Assembly (NCBI GenBank): GCA_959018755.1
Contig: CAUEMA010000004.1
Location: 12,919 to 76,918 of the forward strand
Source of the DNA: an uncultured Collinsella sp.
GTDB taxonomy: Bacteria; Actinomycetota; Coriobacteriia; Coriobacteriales; Coriobacteriaceae
DNA length: 64,000 nt
Direction of reading: 5' to 3'
A program made the position numbers and the translations under genes. Below are positions 60,102 to 64,000 of this stretch, piece after piece (the first letter of the stretch is position 1; the number at the start of each line of letters is the position of its first letter). The notes below the pieces were generated by a model, which did not search any database, was not told the origin of the DNA, and worked only from the letters and a program-made list of their open reading frames with translations.

Positions 60102-60137
60102 AAAAGCGCGGAGCCGCTCGTTGCGACTCCGCGCTTT
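60102..60137 (-). terminator. Terminator after the AzgA-like permease
   Basis: aaaagcgcggag/ctccgcgcttt, with a U-tract on the minus strand. Confidence 0.75.
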
Positions 60138-60164
60138 GCTGTTTTGCTTTAGCAGGCTATGCCG

Positions 60165-61478
60165 TTACGCCACGAAGAAGTAGACGAGGAAGGCAAGGGC
60201 TGCGATCCACATGAGCGGCTTGATCTTGGAGGCCTCGCCCTTAAAGAGCGCGACGATCACGTAGGCGATAAAGCCCAGGCCAATGCCGGCAGAGATGGAG
60301 TAGGTGAAGGGCACGCCGGCGACAATCATGAACGCCGGGAAACCCTGCGACACGTCGGACCAGTCGATCTCGGAGGCCTCGCTCATCATGAGGTAGCCGA
60401 CGTAGACCAGAGCACCGCAGGTGGCGGCGCTGGAAACGATGGTGACGATGGGGGAGAAGAACGCGGCGAGAATGAACAGCACGCCGGTGGTGACGGAGGT
60501 GAGGCCCGTGCGGCCACCGTCGGCGGCGCCGGAAGTGGACTCGACGAAGGTGGTGATGGAGGAGACGCCCATAAAGCCACCGGCAGCAGCGGCCACGGAG
60601 TCGACGACCAGGATGGGACGGATGTCCTCGACATTGCCGTCCTCGGTCAAGAACTCGCCCTGCTTGGCGACGGCCATCGCGGTGCCCATGGTGTCGAAGA
60701 AGTCACTCATGAGCAGCGAGAAGGCAACGACGAGCAGCATCGGGTCGGTCAGAACCTTCACGATGGCCATGTTGCCGTCTGCGGTGCTGGCAAACGGGGC
60801 GCCAAAGGTCGAGAAGTCGAGCGGTGCGATGAGGCCCTCGGGGGCGTGGGTGACGCCCAGCGGGATACCGGCGATAACGGCGACGATGATGCCGATGAGC
60901 AGCGAGCCCGGCACGTTGCGGGAAGCCAGGGCAACCGTCACGATGATGGAGATGATGCCGACGATAAAGGTGGGGGAGGCGATGTCGCCCAGACCGACGA
61001 GCGTACCGGCACCAGCGGTGATGATACCGGCGTCGCACAGGCCGATCATGGCGATGAACAGGCCCAGACCCACGGAGATGGCGTGGCGCAGGACCACGGG
61101 GATGGCGTCCATAATGGCCTCGCGCAGGCCGCACAGGACGAGCAGCAAGATGACGATACCCTCGAGGAAGATAACGCTCATGGCCACGTGCCAGTCACCG
61201 CCGCACATGGTGGTGGCGATGCCCGCGATCATGGCGTTGATGCCCAGGCCCGAAGCGCAAGCGAGCGGGCGGTTGGCGAAGATGCCCATGCAGATGGTCA
61301 TGATGCCGGCGCCCAGGCAAGTGGCGCAGGCGAGCGCTCCCGCATCGATGCCGGCGCCCGAGAGCACCGCGGGGTTGACGGCAATGATGTAGGCCATCGC
61401 CAGGAACGTTGTCAGTCCAGCGCGAAGTTCGGTCCCGATTGTGGACTTGCGCTCGCTGACGTGAAATAGTTCGTCCAT
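60165..61478 (-). CDS. NCS2 AzgA/PbuG-like purine permease
   Basis: AGLTTFLAMAYII.VNP, DFFDTMGT, FVESTSG...GGRTGLT, PFTYSI. Confidence 0.93.
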   Translation of the reverse strand: MDELFHVSERKSTIGTELRAGLTTFLAMAYIIAVNPAVLSGAGIDAGALACATCLGAGIMTICMGIFANRPLACASGLGINAMIAGIATTMCGGDWHVAMSVIFLEGIVILLLVLCGLREAIMDAIPVVLRHAISVGLGLFIAMIGLCDAGIITAGAGTLVGLGDIASPTFIVGIISIIVTVALASRNVPGSLLIGIIVAVIAGIPLGVTHAPEGLIAPLDFSTFGAPFASTADGNMAIVKVLTDPMLLVVAFSLLMSDFFDTMGTAMAVAKQGEFLTEDGNVEDIRPILVVDSVAAAAGGFMGVSSITTFVESTSGAADGGRTGLTSVTTGVLFILAAFFSPIVTIVSSAATCGALVYVGYLMMSEASEIDWSDVSQGFPAFMIVAGVPFTYSISAGIGLGFIAYVIVALFKGEASKIKPLMWIAALAFLVYFFVA

Positions 61479-61671
61479 GCATACCCTTTCCTTGTTCGGC
61501 CCCGAGTTTAGGCCGATTGACACGAACTCACTTACTATATCGCCTTTACAACCTTGCTGTTCCTCACATGTTGATGTTCGGCGCTTTGTAACGGACGGGT
61601 GGTATTTTCCGTATGAAAATGTGTGGGTACCGTATACTTAAGCAGTTACAACGACCCCTATGGAGGAACGT

Positions 61672-62091
61672 ATGATTAAAGAGCTCTGCCACGACGAGGC
61701 TATTCTGTCCCAGCGTTGCGAGGTCGCGACCGTCGAGGACGAGTCGGTGGCACAGGACCTGATCGATACCATCAAGTCGCTCGACGATGCCGGTTGCCTT
61801 GCCGCCAACCAGATTGGCGTCACCAAGAAGGTCTGCGTCTATCTGGACGACGCCGGCGAGCCCCACGTGCTCTACAACCCCCGTCTGGTGTTTGGCCTGG
61901 GCGCCAGCAAGATGGAGGAGAGCTGCCTGACGCACGAGGAGGTCACCAAGTCCACGCGCTATATCAAGTGCAAGGTCGCTTATGACGTGATCGTCGACGG
62001 CAAGATGCGCGAGCGCAAGCAGGACTTTGTGGGCTTCGAGGCGCAAATGATTCAACACATGATTGACCACTGTCTAGGAAAGTTGGTCTAA
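61672..62091 (+). CDS. Peptide deformylase-like protein (degenerate active site)
   Basis: CLAANQIG, EESCL, QHMIDH (canonical GxGLAAxQ, EGCLS, QHExDH). Confidence 0.8.
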   Translation: MIKELCHDEAILSQRCEVATVEDESVAQDLIDTIKSLDDAGCLAANQIGVTKKVCVYLDDAGEPHVLYNPRLVFGLGASKMEESCLTHEEVTKSTRYIKCKVAYDVIVDGKMRERKQDFVGFEAQMIQHMIDHCLGKLV

Positions 62092-62194
62092 GGGGACCAA
62101 AGCACCGCACCTTGCCGCTCAATCGTCGCTCGCGTACCTTAAGTACGCTTCGCTCCTCTTTCGTGGCAATCTGCGGCACTTTGACCCCTTAGAC
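62086..62194. repeat. Structured 109-bp intergenic element with terminal inverted repeats
   Basis: gtctaaggggaccaaagcaccgca / tgcggcactttgaccccttagac, with an inner gcgtac-ctta-agtacgc hairpin. Confidence 0.6.
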
Positions 62195-62335
62195 GACCTG
62201 CGGGGTTAACTTGGTTAAGTTTATCCTGCTTGAATAGTCCGGGCGTGACGTTGTTGTCATGTCCGGGCTTTTGTGTTTAGCGCCTTTTTGTTTGGAGACA
62301 ATAACCTTAGCAGGAACGTAAAGCTGGGAGGCGCT

Positions 62336-63301
62336 ATGTGTACGAGTATTCGATTTACCGATAATTCTGGCCACATGTATCTGGGCCGCAACCTCGACTG
62401 GAGCTTTGACTACGGCCAGCAGGTTCGCGTGATGCCGCGCGGGTTTCACATTCCGTATTCGTTTATCGACGACGCGACAGCGGCACACGCGGTGATCGGT
62501 ATGTGCATCGATTACAAGAACTACCCTATGTTCTTCGATTGCGGCAACGATGCGGGCCTCGCCGTGGCGGGCCTCAATTTCCCGGGTTATGCCGAGTATG
62601 CCGAGGGGCCGGTTGATGGAAAGACCAATATCGCGGCCTATGAGTTTCCCCTGTGGGTGGCAGCGACGTTCTCGACGGTCGATGAGGTCGAGGCCGCGCT
62701 GCGCGACACGGTGATTGTCGCCAAATCTGCCGGAGAGGGGCTGGGCGTGTCGCTGCTCCATTGGATTATCGGCGACAGCCAGCGCAGCATCGTGGTCGAG
62801 ATGATGGCTGACGGCCTGCATGTATACGACGATCCGGTCGACACCCTTGCCAACCAGCCGACCTTCCCGTGGCACATGGAAAACCTCCGCACCTATATCA
62901 CCGCCACAAGCGATTTTCCGCAGACGGCGACATGGCGTGGCGCCGAGCTCAAGCCCTATGGCGCGGGTGCCGGCATGCGCGGTATTCCGGGTGACTGCTA
63001 TTCGCCGAGCCGTTTTGTAAAGGCGGCGTACCTCAATGCCAATTACCCGCAAAAGGAGAGCGAGACCGAAAACGTCGTCCGTATGTTCCGCTCGCTCGAG
63101 GGCGTGGTGATGATTGAGGGGGCGTCCAGGATGGGCGATGGCAAGTTCGAGAAGACTATCTACACCGGATGCTTTAGCGCGCGCACGGGCAATTATTACT
63201 ACGCGATGTATGGGGATCCGTCGATTCGCTACGTGAGCCTGATGGATGCCGAGGGCGCGAGCCCCGATAGGCTCGTGGTTCCCGAGCCGCGCCGTTCGTA
63301 G
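62336..63301 (+). CDS. bsh: Choloylglycine hydrolase (bile salt hydrolase / penicillin V acylase family)
   Basis: N-terminal nucleophile MCT, GRNLDW, GLNFPG, LHW, ANQP, GIPGD..SPSRF. Confidence 0.85.
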   Translation: MCTSIRFTDNSGHMYLGRNLDWSFDYGQQVRVMPRGFHIPYSFIDDATAAHAVIGMCIDYKNYPMFFDCGNDAGLAVAGLNFPGYAEYAEGPVDGKTNIAAYEFPLWVAATFSTVDEVEAALRDTVIVAKSAGEGLGVSLLHWIIGDSQRSIVVEMMADGLHVYDDPVDTLANQPTFPWHMENLRTYITATSDFPQTATWRGAELKPYGAGAGMRGIPGDCYSPSRFVKAAYLNANYPQKESETENVVRMFRSLEGVVMIEGASRMGDGKFEKTIYTGCFSARTGNYYYAMYGDPSIRYVSLMDAEGASPDRLVVPEPRRS

Positions 63302-63324
63302 CCGATAGCTTTACTGCAATGCAA

Positions 63325-63360
63325 AACGGTCCCGCATCTCCCATGAGATGCGGGACCGTT
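63325..63360. terminator. Hairpin between convergent genes
   Basis: 16-bp perfect stem aacggtcccgcatctc/gagatgcgggaccgtt. Confidence 0.75.
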
Positions 63361-63382
63361 GTCGTCAATGGCTGGTGGCGTG

Positions 63383-64000
63383 TTAGAAGTTGGCGTCGTT
63401 GAGCTGGGTGCTTTCGAGTCCGTCGAGTTGCTGTTGGTCGGGCGTATCGGCGACGCTCTCGAGCAGCTCGGTGGGATCGACATTCATGTCCTTACCGGCT
63501 TCGTTGCCGTTGACCAGGTCGTCCGAGAAGATGTCGACTTCCATTTCCTCGGCCTCTTCGATCAGGATCTCGAGTGGCACCTGGGTGCGAATGAGTTTGA
63601 CTGCCGGACGCATGCGGGCAAAGAGCGGTACGTACTCAATGATGATGGCCGAGTTCTCGAGACCATACCAACGTGCCGGGCTTCCGCAGGCGCGGCGGAC
63701 GGCGTACTTGATGGCCATCACACGGTGGTCGTTGCGGTTGATGTCCGTTTCGGGGGCAAGCATCTTGCGCAGCATGCAAAAACGGAAGTCGCCCACGTTG
63801 CCGCGTGTCTCGTAGATGGAGTAGGTGTGATGCTGCGGCGGCAACTCACCCGATGCCATCAGGTCGCCAACGATCTGGCGCAGGTAGGCGTTGATGCGCT
63901 GATTGACCTTAAAGCCCAGATCCAAGCGCACGCGGAACAAAAAGTCCGTGCCAAAGGTCTCGACGGAATACTCGTGCGTATAGGGCTCGTCGGTAACGTG
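63383..64000 (-). CDS. kup: KUP/HAK/KT potassium transporter, C-terminal part (partial)
   Basis: VTDEPYTHEYSVETFGTDFLFRVRLDLGFKV..RINAYLRQIV; SPARWYGL...EYVP. Confidence 0.8.
   Translation of the reverse strand, partial: HVTDEPYTHEYSVETFGTDFLFRVRLDLGFKVNQRINAYLRQIVGDLMASGELPPQHHTYSIYETRGNVGDFRFCMLRKMLAPETDINRNDHRVMAIKYAVRRACGSPARWYGLENSAIIIEYVPLFARMRPAVKLIRTQVPLEILIEEAEEMEVDIFSDDLVNGNEAGKDMNVDPTELLESVADTPDQQQLDGLESTQLNDANF

Noticed and set aside
61479..61670. Guanine riboswitch upstream of the purine permease
   Set aside because: No TA...GG...TTTCTACC...CCGTAAA...GACTA consensus.

Overview
This is a GC-rich chromosomal window from an anaerobic gut actinobacterium, most likely Collinsella or another Coriobacteriaceae; that assignment is inferred from gene content and codon style. 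It holds about 55 mostly housekeeping or accessory genes. These include RNA-modification and translation genes (dus, trmO, prfC, rlmA-like, rsmJ-like, trmL, an EF-G/TetM-like GTPase), ung, a short UvrA paralogue, a TPP-riboswitch thiM operon, a metE-II gene with its LysR regulator, two nucleobase permeases, a bile salt hydrolase, a two-component/redox cassette and two large exported proteins. I saw no rRNA, tRNA, CRISPR array, transposase or phage genes. The most interesting signals are non-coding: (1) a preQ1-I-like riboswitch ahead of a VUT transporter + SDR oxidoreductase pair, a candidate new queuosine-salvage step; (2) a near-identical promoter/operator block in front of two unrelated surface proteins 58 kb apart, one next to a LuxR-type regulator; (3) a shared, covarying two-stem leader on both NCS2 permeases; (4) several dispersed REP/MITE-like palindrome families. 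Also present are three genes missed by the ORF track, a nonsense-split hybrid kinase, an EAL remnant and a deformylase lacking its catalytic Glu.
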